64,000 nucleotides of DNA from Myxococcales bacterium (GTDB lineage Bacteria; Myxococcota_A; Polyangia; Polyangiales; DASUME01). The position numbers and the translations under genes were made by a program. This document shows positions 39,285 through 49,415 of the stretch, piece after piece (the stretch's first letter is position 1; every line of letters starts with the position of its first letter). The DNA is taken from positions 1,376,001-1,440,000 of the forward strand of contig JASGJH010000001.1 in assembly GCA_047601445.1 (NCBI GenBank). Direction: 5' to 3'. The notes beneath the pieces are model-generated. The model saw nothing but the letters and a program-made list of their open reading frames with translations. It was not told the origin of the DNA and searched no databases.

Positions 39285-40688
39285 TCAGTCGAGCATGAAC
39301 GAGAAGCCGCCGCCCAGGTAGAAGGCTTCGGCCTTGTAATTGCCGTTGTTGATGGGCTGCTGGATGGCGGACTCCGGACGAATCGCCGCCGGTGCCTTGA
39401 TGACGCCGTCGCGAACCTTGGGGTCGACCATGAAGATCCAGCCGGCCACGGTATCGAAGCGAACGGTGTCAGTGAAGTTGAGGCCGAAGCCGCCGGTGAG
39501 CACCACCTTGTTGGTGTCGAGCGTCATGGGCGTAAGGTGGGGGTTGGAGAAGGCACCCTTTTCGTAGGCCAAGCCGCCGCGGAAGATGGTCTTGATGGGG
39601 AGCCAATCCTCCGGAAGGATCGCCTCGTAGCCGCCACGAATGCTCCAGGTGTCCTTCATGTTGCGCTGGATCTTCATGTTGCCTACGTCGTAGTCGCCGA
39701 TGCCGCGGATGTTCTGCATCTGCACGCCGTGAGGCTTCACGGGGATGTCCTTCTGCGTCGACCAGGCCTCGTACACGAAGGTGCCCTCCATGCGCAGCCA
39801 GTCGGCCGGGTGGATCTCGCCGCCAACGCGCCCGATCCAAGGGAACTTGATCTCGATGTCCGCCTTGTTGCCCTTGACCGTCGCGTTGTCGAACAGCGGC
39901 GAGGTCGGCAGCGAGATCTGCAGATCCGCCGCGCCGTGCAGGCTGTAGGGGAAGGTGAAAGACGCACCCAGGCGCGCGATCTCCATGTCCCAGGTGAAGC
40001 CCACCGCTCCGGAGATGCCAACCGCGGGGAACAAGTCGAGCGTGACCGTGGAGTCGAACTCGGGGTCCTCGGGGAACGAACAGGCGAAGGCGTCGCAGCC
40101 GCTGAGCGCGGTCTTGGCCTTGAAGCGGCCGGTCCAGATCTGCACGTCCGCGCCCAGGGAAAGGCCCTCGATGCCGTGGTAGGCCAGGCCGAGACTGATC
40201 GCCGACAGGAGGCTGCCGCGCATGTTGATCAGCGAGTAACGCGAGGGCGCCGGCTGCCGCAGTCCTCCCGCCGTGACGCTCTCGGGCCAGCCCATCAGGA
40301 TGGTGTTGGGCGCGAAGATGCCGGCCGCGAACGTCCAGTCCTCGAGCCCGAAGTTGTGGCTCATGCTCAAGCTGGGAATGGGCAGTGGCATCGGCTCCGC
40401 GTCCACCTTCGCCTGAGGCATGCCTGCCGCGTCGTAGCGCGTAAAGCTGCCCATGAAGATGGTCATCGTGGCGTCCATCAACACCTGATTGCCCGAGTAT
40501 TTGAGGCCCGCCGGGTTGTACCAGAGGGAGCTCGGGTCGTCGGCGCCCGCCACGAACGCACCGCCGCGCGACAGGGCGCGTGCGCCGCGATCGAAGAGAT
40601 AGAGACCGCCCGCCTGGACCTTGGCGCAAGGAACGAGGATCAAGAGCGCCAACAGCAGGCGTCCCACCCAAAGATTTCGCGTACTCAT
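39285..40688 (-). CDS. FadL/OmpP1/TodX-family outer-membrane channel
   Basis: Signal peptide then GGLYLFDRGARALSRGGAFVAGADDPSSLWYNPAGL; amphipathic strands, KDTWSIRGG. Confidence 0.88.
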   Translation of the reverse strand: MSTRNLWVGRLLLALLILVPCAKVQAGGLYLFDRGARALSRGGAFVAGADDPSSLWYNPAGLKYSGNQVLMDATMTIFMGSFTRYDAAGMPQAKVDAEPMPLPIPSLSMSHNFGLEDWTFAAGIFAPNTILMGWPESVTAGGLRQPAPSRYSLINMRGSLLSAISLGLAYHGIEGLSLGADVQIWTGRFKAKTALSGCDAFACSFPEDPEFDSTVTLDLFPAVGISGAVGFTWDMEIARLGASFTFPYSLHGAADLQISLPTSPLFDNATVKGNKADIEIKFPWIGRVGGEIHPADWLRMEGTFVYEAWSTQKDIPVKPHGVQMQNIRGIGDYDVGNMKIQRNMKDTWSIRGGYEAILPEDWLPIKTIFRGGLAYEKGAFSNPHLTPMTLDTNKVVLTGGFGLNFTDTVRFDTVAGWIFMVDPKVRDGVIKAPAAIRPESAIQQPINNGNYKAEAFYLGGGFSFMLD

Positions 40689-43600
40689 CAGTTGGCCTTC
40701 TTACTAAGGTCGCGACCCTGAATGACTTTGTAGAGACGCTCGAGACCGCGGTCCTGGTCGTTGAGGAACGCGCGCACTTGCTCGAACGTTGCCCGGTAGT
40801 CATCGGCAGTCATGGGCTTGTCGCGTGGATCGGTGGGATCCTCGCGATTCACTTCGGCAGAGGAGTCGATGAACTCTTCGAGCGGGGACTGACCCGCATC
40901 GTCGGCGAGTGCACCGTTCTTGAGCAGCCTGGCCAGGGGCGTGGCATCCGGCCCCTGGTAGAGATCGGTGATGCGCTTGGCGAGCTCGAGCGAGGTCATG
41001 GCCGCGCTCTCGTCGACGTTGGGCAAGTCCTTGCCGTTGCCGTTGCCCTTGTCCATCAGCTCGAGAGTGTTGGGCGCGAGGCCCAGTGCTGCGAACTGCA
41101 CGAGCGGCGTGAGATCCGGATCGCGATCCACCAGCATCAAGGTGTCGAGCGCAGCCACGACCAGGCCCTGGAATGCCGTGGGGTTGTTCTCCTCGTCCAT
41201 CAAGTAGGCGTTGAGCTTGGAGAACTCTTCGCCCGCCTTGTCTTCCTTCCAGAGCACGTCGAGCAGATCGAGACCTGCTGCCGTGGCCGGATGGCCGAGC
41301 ACGCCCGCCAGACGCCCCGAGAGTCCAGTTCCCCAGTCTTCGAGATCCCCCGCGTCCCGATGCGCCTTGATGCGCGCGCGGATCCACGGAATGAGCTGGA
41401 GGGTCGTCGCGTAGGCGCGGCGGTTGTGCAGCGCGTACACGGGAGCGGTCGGGTTGGTCTCGTCCTTGTCGACCGTGAGGAACTGGTCCACCAGGGCGCT
41501 GCGGGCGGCGAGCCACTGCTCGTGGCGGTCGACGTTGTCGCCCTCGAAGGCCTTGTCGATGCTCTTGAGCGCGTCGAGCAGCAAGTAGAGCGGCAGTACG
41601 CCCTTGCCCTTGGTACCCGTCACGACACGGCCCAGACCGTCCATGCACTCCACCTGCACGGAGCCGTCCATCCCGGTGGACTCCACGGGCACGCAGGTGT
41701 TGGTCACGGAGTAGGCCCGCCCGTCGCGGTAGGTGAGCGCCTCGTCCACGGTGAGCATGCGCTTGAAGAAGTTGGTGAGCACGGTGATGCCGTCGCGCTG
41801 CTTGCCGTCGACGCCCGTGATCTTGATGGTGCCGAGCGTGGTCTGCGCCTTCTGCAGGATGTCGCCCAGCTTCTCGTCCTCGAGCGCGCGAATCAGGATG
41901 GGTTCGTAGCTCACCAGGTTCGACTGCGGAGAGTAGAACTTGCCCTTGGGGTCACCGTTCTGCGAGCAGCCCTCGTCGCCCTTCTTGACCTTGGCCGGAC
42001 AGCGGAAGTCCGTGGGACGCCGCGAAGGCCAGTGCAAGTGCAGCGTGGAGAGCAGCTCCGCGAACATGTAGCCCTTGCTGGCCACCTTGCCGTCCGGCGA
42101 GTCTGTGAACAACTCGTGGTCGTCGAAGGCGAAGCCGAGCGGGCGGCTCGCCGTGAGAAACGACTGGGAAGCGCCGTTGAACTTCACGTCGCTCTGCTTC
42201 ATCTCGAGGGAGAACAGGATGTCGGGCTCGAACTCCGCCAGCGCCACCCCGTGCTTGGTGGGGAACGGATCGAACAGGTCCGACACGAACTTGTTGCGCG
42301 GTACGTGGATGAAGCGCGCGATGGACGTGGGCGAGGGCTTCAGAGTGAAGCCCGTGAACTGCGCAGACTTCTCCTGCGTTTGACCGAGGTCGTTGGCCAA
42401 GCCAGCTTTCTCGAGGCAAAGCAGCTGCGTGTCCTTGATGACCACCTCACTGCGTAGGTCCAGGATCGAGCGCATGTGGGCTTCAGCGCCGTTGGGCTGC
42501 TTGACGAACTCGCACTGGTCGTAGGAGCCGGTCATGCCCGGTGTCGCTGCGCACGCGGCCGTCGCGATGCCAGCGATGAGGGCGTTGGCGCCGGGCTGAT
42601 TGACGGGATCCGGGAACACCAGCGGCGTTCCCGTAAGCGGGTCGTTGGCCGACAACAAGGCCTTGTCCTTGTTGCAGTTGGGCACCAGGTTGGTCGCGTG
42701 GATGGTGGAGATGAGCCGCTGGAACAGGCTGCGGTTCATGCCTACGTCGGTGTTCATACCCAGATCGCCGCCCATGGAGCCGCGCGCGACCTCGGTCTTG
42801 AAGTCGTGGACGATCTCCGAGTTCATCTTGGTCGCGTCGGCGTCGCTGTAGCGACCGTCGGTGATGGTGATCGGGGCGCCGTTGTAGCTGACCTGATCCT
42901 TGTACTTCATGAACTTGGCGATCAGGTGCGTGCTCGCCACCGACTGCGGATCGGCGAAAGACTTGATCACCGCGTCGAGCTGACCGGTGCGCTCCATCAT
43001 GCGTAGGCCGACCTGGATCAGGTCGTCCCAGAACTCGTGGGGCATGCCCTCCCCCATCAAGCCGATGAGCTTGGCCTCGGGATAGTCGTCCGAGAGCTTG
43101 TCGATGGCCAGGCCGGCGAACACCGGCGCGGCGCCGTCGCTCTCGTGGTTGCGCATCAGCTCGTCGAGTACCGCGAGGAGCTCGTCGGTCTCCGGGTAGC
43201 GAGCCATGGCGCCCAGCGCGTGGACCAGATCGAACATGGGGCCGTTGTCGACGTCGGCGCCCTTGAACTTGAGGGCGGTGCCCTTCTCGCCGAAGGTCTC
43301 GGTGCGGTCGGCGCTGGCGCCGAGCATGGGCCGAATGCCGTAGGCCAGCTTCTCCACCACGCTCTTGTCGCCGTCGCGGGTGAGCAGCGGGTACTGCTCG
43401 CGCAGGAGCCCCGCCAGCAGCGTGCGGTTGGCGTCCACGTACTGATAGACCAGGGCGTCGTCCTGGAGCGCGCGGCCGTCGTCGTCGCGGTTCTTCTTGT
43501 CCGAGCTGACGCGGGCGAAGGGACTCGGCGACTTCTTGTCCAGACTCACCCCGTCGGCAGCCAGGGCGAAGCCGGTGTCGTCGCGCTTCACCACCCAGAG

Positions 43601-44377
43601 GGAGGGGTCGTCCTCGGGCGCGAAGGCCGGGTCGCTGGTCAGCAGCAGGTCCATGGCGGCGCGCAGCGTGCTGTCGGCGGGGGCCGGCGCATCGGCGGCC
43701 TTGGGCTCGGCGAGCTCGAGGGCCCCGGCCTTCATCAGATCGGTAAACGCTGGATAGGCGCTGCCGTCCTTGGTGACGAGCTTGAGGAATTGTCGCGTGA
43801 GCTCATCGAGGCGCGGGTACGTGAGCGAGGGGCGCACCACGCCGAGCACTTGCTTGAGGGGGCGATAGCCGACGCGCGGGGCCACACGGGCCAAGGTGGC
43901 GATGACCTTCTTGGAGGCCGGCTTGTCCGCCAGCAGCTCGCCCATGATCTTTTCGAGCGCCCGGGTGGAATCGGGGATCCACTCGTCGGGGAGATCGTAG
44001 AAAGGGATCAGGTTCTGCAAAAAGGTGTCGAGTTCGCCACTCTGGAACATGGCGGAGCCCATGGCGTCCTTGTCCCCGAAGACCTGATCGAGGGCGGCGA
44101 CCAACTCCTCCCGATGTTCGACCATCGCCTTGAAACGCGGATCCGCGTCCGCCGGCGCATCGCCACCGCCATCGCAGGGCGCGTTGAAGCGTAGGCCCGT
44201 GAGTTCCGACGGATAAGCCGCAGCGGCCACGCGCTTGCAGAGGATGTGAAAGACCTCGCCGCCCGTGGAGAGTTCTTCGCGCTCGAACGAGGGTTGTGTC
44301 CCCTCGGCGCAGCCCGAAGCAATAAGCAAACCGGCAGCCAAAACGGCCGCCGAAGACGCCCTAACCTTGCCAACCAT
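40688..44377 (-). CDS. Very large (about 1230 aa) lipoprotein of unknown function
   Basis: Lipobox ASGC after ATG 44377; stop overlaps the FadL start (TGATG); strong GC3 bias in this frame. Confidence 0.8.
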   Translation of the reverse strand: MVGKVRASSAAVLAAGLLIASGCAEGTQPSFEREELSTGGEVFHILCKRVAAAAYPSELTGLRFNAPCDGGGDAPADADPRFKAMVEHREELVAALDQVFGDKDAMGSAMFQSGELDTFLQNLIPFYDLPDEWIPDSTRALEKIMGELLADKPASKKVIATLARVAPRVGYRPLKQVLGVVRPSLTYPRLDELTRQFLKLVTKDGSAYPAFTDLMKAGALELAEPKAADAPAPADSTLRAAMDLLLTSDPAFAPEDDPSLWVVKRDDTGFALAADGVSLDKKSPSPFARVSSDKKNRDDDGRALQDDALVYQYVDANRTLLAGLLREQYPLLTRDGDKSVVEKLAYGIRPMLGASADRTETFGEKGTALKFKGADVDNGPMFDLVHALGAMARYPETDELLAVLDELMRNHESDGAAPVFAGLAIDKLSDDYPEAKLIGLMGEGMPHEFWDDLIQVGLRMMERTGQLDAVIKSFADPQSVASTHLIAKFMKYKDQVSYNGAPITITDGRYSDADATKMNSEIVHDFKTEVARGSMGGDLGMNTDVGMNRSLFQRLISTIHATNLVPNCNKDKALLSANDPLTGTPLVFPDPVNQPGANALIAGIATAACAATPGMTGSYDQCEFVKQPNGAEAHMRSILDLRSEVVIKDTQLLCLEKAGLANDLGQTQEKSAQFTGFTLKPSPTSIARFIHVPRNKFVSDLFDPFPTKHGVALAEFEPDILFSLEMKQSDVKFNGASQSFLTASRPLGFAFDDHELFTDSPDGKVASKGYMFAELLSTLHLHWPSRRPTDFRCPAKVKKGDEGCSQNGDPKGKFYSPQSNLVSYEPILIRALEDEKLGDILQKAQTTLGTIKITGVDGKQRDGITVLTNFFKRMLTVDEALTYRDGRAYSVTNTCVPVESTGMDGSVQVECMDGLGRVVTGTKGKGVLPLYLLLDALKSIDKAFEGDNVDRHEQWLAARSALVDQFLTVDKDETNPTAPVYALHNRRAYATTLQLIPWIRARIKAHRDAGDLEDWGTGLSGRLAGVLGHPATAAGLDLLDVLWKEDKAGEEFSKLNAYLMDEENNPTAFQGLVVAALDTLMLVDRDPDLTPLVQFAALGLAPNTLELMDKGNGNGKDLPNVDESAAMTSLELAKRITDLYQGPDATPLARLLKNGALADDAGQSPLEEFIDSSAEVNREDPTDPRDKPMTADDYRATFEQVRAFLNDQDRGLERLYKVIQGRDLSKKAN

Positions 44378-44417
44378 GGGCGCGAACTTAGCCGTATGGC
44401 GGTGTAGGCCGTATGAC

Positions 44418-44517
44418 TGTCCGACCGAGACTTTGTGACCGAAGCGACCTTGAAATTGTCCGAACGGAACATACCGGACGGAATAAAGTCTTGACCGGAA
44501 ACGACAGCGCGTGTCCC
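44418..44517 (+). promoter_or_regulatory. Tandem TG(A/T)CC direct repeats, candidate AraC sites
   Basis: TGTCCG 44418, TGACCG 44436, TGTCCG 44457, TGACCG 44492, TGTCCC 44512; two pairs are 21 and 20 bp apart. Confidence 0.45.
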
Positions 44518-44544
44518 CTAGCCCTACTTGGCTTGAGGTGTCGC

Positions 44545-45561
44545 ATGCACGTCGCAATCAGCATTCTACGTGGAATATCCGCTGTTTTGAGAGATCGCGG
44601 AATCTCGACCGAGACTTTCCTCCGTGACGCAGGCATCGACCGAGACGTCTTCGAGGGTCCCGCGAACGTGGACATGGCGGTCACTGCCCAGGCGGTCCGC
44701 TCGGCCTATCGGTTGACCGAGGACCCTGCCATCGCCCTGCGCATCGGCATGTCGGCTCCGTTCCAGTCCTTGGGTGTCGCCGGACAAGTTTTCCTACATT
44801 GTCCGACGATTCGCGCGGTGATCGGCGAGGTGGACCGCTACCTGCCCCTGCTTCAGCCCATGAGCCGCCTGCGCATGCTCGAAGAAGGCGATCGGGCTCA
44901 CTTGATCTACGAGCCTCCCTTCGCGGATGCCCGTGCCTACCGCTTCGGGACCGAGCTCGCGCTGGCCTTCGTGGTCCGCATCGGTCGCCACTTCACCACG
45001 CAGCGCGCGACGCCGATCGAGGTGCGTGTGTGCCATCAGGCGCCGAGCTACGCCGGCGTGTACGGCGAGCTGTTCGGCTGTCCGGTGCGCTTCGGCGCAG
45101 CACGCAACGAGATCGTCTTCAATCGAGCCCTGCTTGATGTGCCGCAGCCCTTCAGCGACGAGCCGCTCTGGCGCGTGCTCAAGCACCGCGCCGAGGAGAT
45201 GCTGGTGCAGGAGCAGGCCCGTGAGCACCTGCACGAACGTGTGAAGCAGGTCCTTCACCACGAGGTGGACTTGAGCAGCGTTCACCCGGTGGGCATCGCG
45301 CGTCGCCTCGGCATGAGCCCGCGCAGCTTGCGCCGGCGGCTCAGCGACGAAGGTCACTCGTTGTCGGCTCTGGTCGACGAGGTGCGCCGTGAGGTCGCGC
45401 TCACCGAGCTCGGCAACCCCGAGATGCCCATCAAGCGCATCGCGGACCGCGTGGGCTTCTCGGAGGTCAGCGCCTTCCACCGCGCCTTCAAGCGCTGGAC
45501 CGGTCTCACGCCGGCCCGCTACCGCGCCCAGGGCGTGAGCGGCCTGGCCCGCGCCAGCTGA
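44545..45561 (+). CDS. AraC-family transcriptional regulator
   Basis: FGCPVRFG, LGMSPRSLRRRL, IADRVGFSEVSAFHRAFKRWTGLTPARYR. Confidence 0.92.
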   Translation: MHVAISILRGISAVLRDRGISTETFLRDAGIDRDVFEGPANVDMAVTAQAVRSAYRLTEDPAIALRIGMSAPFQSLGVAGQVFLHCPTIRAVIGEVDRYLPLLQPMSRLRMLEEGDRAHLIYEPPFADARAYRFGTELALAFVVRIGRHFTTQRATPIEVRVCHQAPSYAGVYGELFGCPVRFGAARNEIVFNRALLDVPQPFSDEPLWRVLKHRAEEMLVQEQAREHLHERVKQVLHHEVDLSSVHPVGIARRLGMSPRSLRRRLSDEGHSLSALVDEVRREVALTELGNPEMPIKRIADRVGFSEVSAFHRAFKRWTGLTPARYRAQGVSGLARAS

Positions 45562-45578
45562 GCGTTCTCGCGGCGTCC

Positions 45579-46232
45579 CTAGAGCGAGATGACCATCACC
45601 TGGCCGAGCTGGCGGCCGCCCTGCGGGGTGCGTACGCCCGGCACGAGATAGGGCTCTCCGAGCTTCTCGTATCCGAGCTTGGCCAACAGGCCGTGCACCG
45701 CGAGGTTCGACGCGTACGCCTCCCCAAAGGCGCCCGCGACGCGCTGGGCACGCAGGTAGCCGTGGAACTCCCGAAAGAGCTCGCCCGCGACCCCACGGCC
45801 GTGCGCCTCGGGCAGGAGATTGCAATGCATGTGGGCGGGATAGCGGTCGGGATCCACCCGTGGGCGGTGGGGCCCCGACACATTGCTCACGACGTCCCAG
45901 CCGGCGCGCCACCAGAAGCCGGCCGTTCCTGGGCGAGCCCACAAAAACCGCACGAGATTGTGGCGTAGACCGACCGAGAACTCGCTGCGAGCAGCGCGCG
46001 TGTCCACGCAACCGAGCAAGTATCCGAGCACACGATCCGAGTCCGAGACGGCCACGAAGCAGCTCTGCGGTTCCTCGTCCGTGTAGTAGCTCGTGTACAT
46101 GTCGACCCAGCTCTCGCGATCCGGGTACTCGCGTTCGACCTGCTCGCCGCTCTGCGCGGTCTGCCAGCAGATGTCGCGCACGACCTCGCGATCTCGAGAC
46201 TCGTACGGGCGTACGCGGATGACAGAGCTCAT
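45579..46232 (-). CDS. GNAT-family acetyltransferase
   Basis: VRPYESRDRE, VLGYLLG, YPAHMHCNLLPEAHGRGVA. Confidence 0.85.
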   Translation of the reverse strand: MSSVIRVRPYESRDREVVRDICWQTAQSGEQVEREYPDRESWVDMYTSYYTDEEPQSCFVAVSDSDRVLGYLLGCVDTRAARSEFSVGLRHNLVRFLWARPGTAGFWWRAGWDVVSNVSGPHRPRVDPDRYPAHMHCNLLPEAHGRGVAGELFREFHGYLRAQRVAGAFGEAYASNLAVHGLLAKLGYEKLGEPYLVPGVRTPQGGRQLGQVMVISL

Positions 46233-46336
46233 GGTCCCCGCGGACTGTGGCCCGACGTGCCGCGAAAGACCACTGCGCGAGGTCTTGATGGCGGCACGCG
46301 CTCTACCTCGAGCTCGCTAGCGCTGAACGCGGCGAC

Positions 46337-48292
46337 TCACCAGCTGACCTGCACGTAGCCGCCGTAGCTCCAGTTCTCGCTGAGCGTGACATTGGTGGCC
46401 GTGCTGGTGGCCCAGCTGCTGCCGCCCGCGCCGGCTTCCCACATGCCCGCGCCGCCGCCGTAGTAGCCGCCGCCGCCGCCGCCGCTCGCGCTATCCCCGT
46501 TGAGCGCGGGGCCGGCGTTTCCGCCCTTGCCGAGCGAGCCGCTGGCAGCCGTACCGTAGTTGGGCAGCCACGTGCCTCCCGCGCCGCCCGCTGCCGACGT
46601 GCCTCCCTGGGGCACGACCGAACCGTAGGTGGCGTAGCAAGAGCTCGGCGGAGCGCCGCCGCCGTTGGCTCCGCCGCCGTAGCCACCGTTGACGCCGCCC
46701 GCGACCTGATTGCAGGGCGAGCCGCCGCCGCCACCGCCGCCGACCACGATGCGCGTGGCGAGCTGTTCTTCTTCGGTCATGTCCGCGTTCCAGTTGACGC
46801 GCACGTCGGACGCGCCGCCACCGCCACCCGCATAGCGATCGCCATAGGCGGTGCTGCCAGCGCCGCCACCGTTGTAACCGCCCGCGCCAGCCGTCAGCGT
46901 GGTTTCGTTGCCGTCGCCGCCGCGGCTGCCGACGAACACGGTCAGCGTATCCCCAGCGTTCAGGGTCACGGTCGCCAGGGCGCGACCGCCGTAGCCGTAG
47001 TAGCCCGCCGTCACCCAGGCGTTGCTCTCTTTCTCTCGGCCGTAACCGCCCGCAGCGCCCTGCGCTTCGATGGTGACCGTGCGCACACAGGGCGGCTTCA
47101 TGTTCACCGCCTGAGGCCCACCCGGATCGCTGAAGTAGAAGGTCTGGGACCCCGTTCCAGCCGTGCAGGCGAAGTTCGCGAGCACGTTGACGGGACCGTT
47201 CACGGTCACCTTGCAGACCGTGAGACCTTCGCAGCCGCCGCCGCTCCAGCCCAGGAAGGTAGTTCCGGTGGTGGCCGAAGGCGTGAGTTCCACGACGGAC
47301 CCGCGCATGAACAGGGCCTCGCACTCGGTGCCGCAGGAGATCTCGGCGTCGCTGGAGGCCACCACGCCGACGCCCGTACCGCCCATGTTCACGTGGAGCA
47401 GATAGTGCGTCTTCGCGAAGCTCGCGGTGACCGTGGTCGCCGACGCCACCGTGAGCGTGCAGGGATCCGTCCCCGTGCAACCGCCGCCGCTCCAGCCCAT
47501 GAAGGCAGAGTCCTCAGCGGCCGTGGCCGTGAGCGTGACCATGCTGCCCTGGTCCACCGAGCCGGTGCAGGTGCTGCCGCAGTCGATGCCGCCGGCGCTC
47601 GAGGTCACCGTGCCCGTACCGTCGCCCGCGAGCATGACCGACAGTGCGGCCTGCGGGACGACCGGGATGGATCCCCCATCGTTCTTCTGCCCGGAGTCAG
47701 TGGTGCCGCCGTCGTCGTTGGGCAGCACGATGCCGTCGAACTCGTCGCCCGGCTTCACGTCTTCGAGCTGGCCTTCCGTGAGGTCGGTGCACACGCCGAT
47801 GGCCCCGAGGCCGGTCGAGTAGCAGCTTTGTTCAGTGTTCGTACACAACACCTGGTAGCAAGTGCCGCCGAGGAATACCGTGAGTCGCTGCGAGGCCTTG
47901 TTCTCGAAGGCCACCAGCGACTTCTGCTCCACCACCAGCGCCTCCACGCCACCGAGGCTCGGGCCGAAGCCGCGCACGATGACGCGGATGTTGTTGGAGC
48001 CACCGGAGCCGCGCACGACGCCGAACGAGAGCGGCAAGCGGTAGTGTCCGTCTTCCATCGCCTGCGAGAGCTCGAAGCGGCGCGTGTCTGGCTTCTCGGC
48101 CGCTCCGTCTGCACTCTGAATCTCGACCTCGACGGCCGTCAGCTGACTACCGACGGCAAGGTCGCTGTTGACCACCACGAGGAGTTGGGTGGCCGGTACG
48201 TTCTCCGTGGTGCAGCCGGACAGGAGTCCGCAGACCAGGAAGAGAAAGCTCAGGACCGTCTGGACGTTTCGAATCGACATCGACCTATCCAT
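46337..48292 (-). CDS. Lipoprotein with two InlB-B-repeat-like domains and an ALK/LTK-type glycine-rich domain
   Basis: Lipobox LSGC; two G.G.V.S..I.CG..C..V.LT..F.GWSGGGC repeats; GAAGG..LTVFVGSRGG..GGYNGGG..GGGGGASDVR..GGGGGGYYGG. Confidence 0.8.
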   Translation of the reverse strand: MDRSMSIRNVQTVLSFLFLVCGLLSGCTTENVPATQLLVVVNSDLAVGSQLTAVEVEIQSADGAAEKPDTRRFELSQAMEDGHYRLPLSFGVVRGSGGSNNIRVIVRGFGPSLGGVEALVVEQKSLVAFENKASQRLTVFLGGTCYQVLCTNTEQSCYSTGLGAIGVCTDLTEGQLEDVKPGDEFDGIVLPNDDGGTTDSGQKNDGGSIPVVPQAALSVMLAGDGTGTVTSSAGGIDCGSTCTGSVDQGSMVTLTATAAEDSAFMGWSGGGCTGTDPCTLTVASATTVTASFAKTHYLLHVNMGGTGVGVVASSDAEISCGTECEALFMRGSVVELTPSATTGTTFLGWSGGGCEGLTVCKVTVNGPVNVLANFACTAGTGSQTFYFSDPGGPQAVNMKPPCVRTVTIEAQGAAGGYGREKESNAWVTAGYYGYGGRALATVTLNAGDTLTVFVGSRGGDGNETTLTAGAGGYNGGGAGSTAYGDRYAGGGGGASDVRVNWNADMTEEEQLATRIVVGGGGGGGSPCNQVAGGVNGGYGGGANGGGAPPSSCYATYGSVVPQGGTSAAGGAGGTWLPNYGTAASGSLGKGGNAGPALNGDSASGGGGGGYYGGGAGMWEAGAGGSSWATSTATNVTLSENWSYGGYVQVSW

Positions 48293-48294
48293 GT

Positions 48295-49137
48295 TCACTT
48301 CCCCGGACTCGTGAGGATGGCGCCCGTGCTGCCGCCATAGGGCGAGTCGGTGCTCGAACCGCCGCCGGCCACGCCCACTGCGGTGCCCACGGCTGCACCG
48401 ACGACCACCACGCCTACAGCCGTCCACAGCCACGGGTTCTTGTAGAGCGGCTTCTTCTCCTGCTGCTTGGCGACCGGAATCTCCGGCAGCACCACCACCA
48501 GCGTGACTTCCTCGCCGCCCGAGGCTTTGACGCGGCGTTTTTCGCTCTGGCGTCCATTGGCCTTGAACTCGAGCACATGGTCGCCGACCTCGAGGACGAG
48601 GTTGGAGAAGTCGCCCTGGAAAGACTCGCCGTCCACCACCAGCGTGGCTTCCCGAGGTGTGACGTCCACCTTCACGCGCGCCACGTAGCCCTTGGCGCGC
48701 GCGAGCAACGCTTCGGTGTCGCTGCGCATGGCGCCCTCGAGGGAACGCACCGGCGATGCCAGGGCCTGCTCGAGATGCTGAATGGTGTCCGCATAGTGGC
48801 GCATCTCGAACTCGACCATGCCGAGACCGCGCAATGTGCGTGCGTTGGAGTAGAGGTCGTTGGCCCGACTGAACTCGGCGCGGGCTTCGGCGTAGTTCTT
48901 CGCCATATACTCGGCGACCGCACGATCGACGGCTTCGTCGTACCCGGGAGGCGGTGCACTCGCAGGCGCGGCAGGCTGCACTGCGGCAGGCGCAGGAGCA
49001 GGCGTCGTGGCCTGGGGCGCCGCAGCTGCCGGGGCTGGCTTGGGAGCCGCCTTCTTTGGAGCCGCTTGCGCTTGGACCGAGTTGAGGCTGAAAAACAGGA
49101 AGAAAACGGCGATAACGCCAGCACGAATCTTCATCAC
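48295..49137 (-). CDS. TPR + PEGA domain protein with C-terminal TM helix
   Basis: Signal peptide, YAEARAEFSRA..ARTLRGLG, VTPREATLVVDG..GDH, PLYKNPWLWTAVGVVVVG. Confidence 0.82.
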   Translation of the reverse strand: MMKIRAGVIAVFFLFFSLNSVQAQAAPKKAAPKPAPAAAAPQATTPAPAPAAVQPAAPASAPPPGYDEAVDRAVAEYMAKNYAEARAEFSRANDLYSNARTLRGLGMVEFEMRHYADTIQHLEQALASPVRSLEGAMRSDTEALLARAKGYVARVKVDVTPREATLVVDGESFQGDFSNLVLEVGDHVLEFKANGRQSEKRRVKASGGEEVTLVVVLPEIPVAKQQEKKPLYKNPWLWTAVGVVVVGAAVGTAVGVAGGGSSTDSPYGGSTGAILTSPGK

Positions 49138-49415
49138 TAGCCCTTGTCAGGCGGACCGGTTCCCCCCCGTCCGCAGTACGATCCTGTACTAAAACGCCTG
49201 AGCGCCGCTAGAACGTTTTCAAAGCTCGTGCGTCCTACGCGCCATGCAAGGTGCTTGAGGTGCGACGCGCAGTACGGTTTAATTCTGATGATTGGATGGG
49301 TGTAACCGTCCTCTCATATGGGGATCCAGATCGTACGCGCGGCGCGCGTATACCATCCTGACTGTTCGCGCGCGTCGTTCGCGCGCTCCGACGAACCTGC
49401 TGCTAGGGGCAAACC

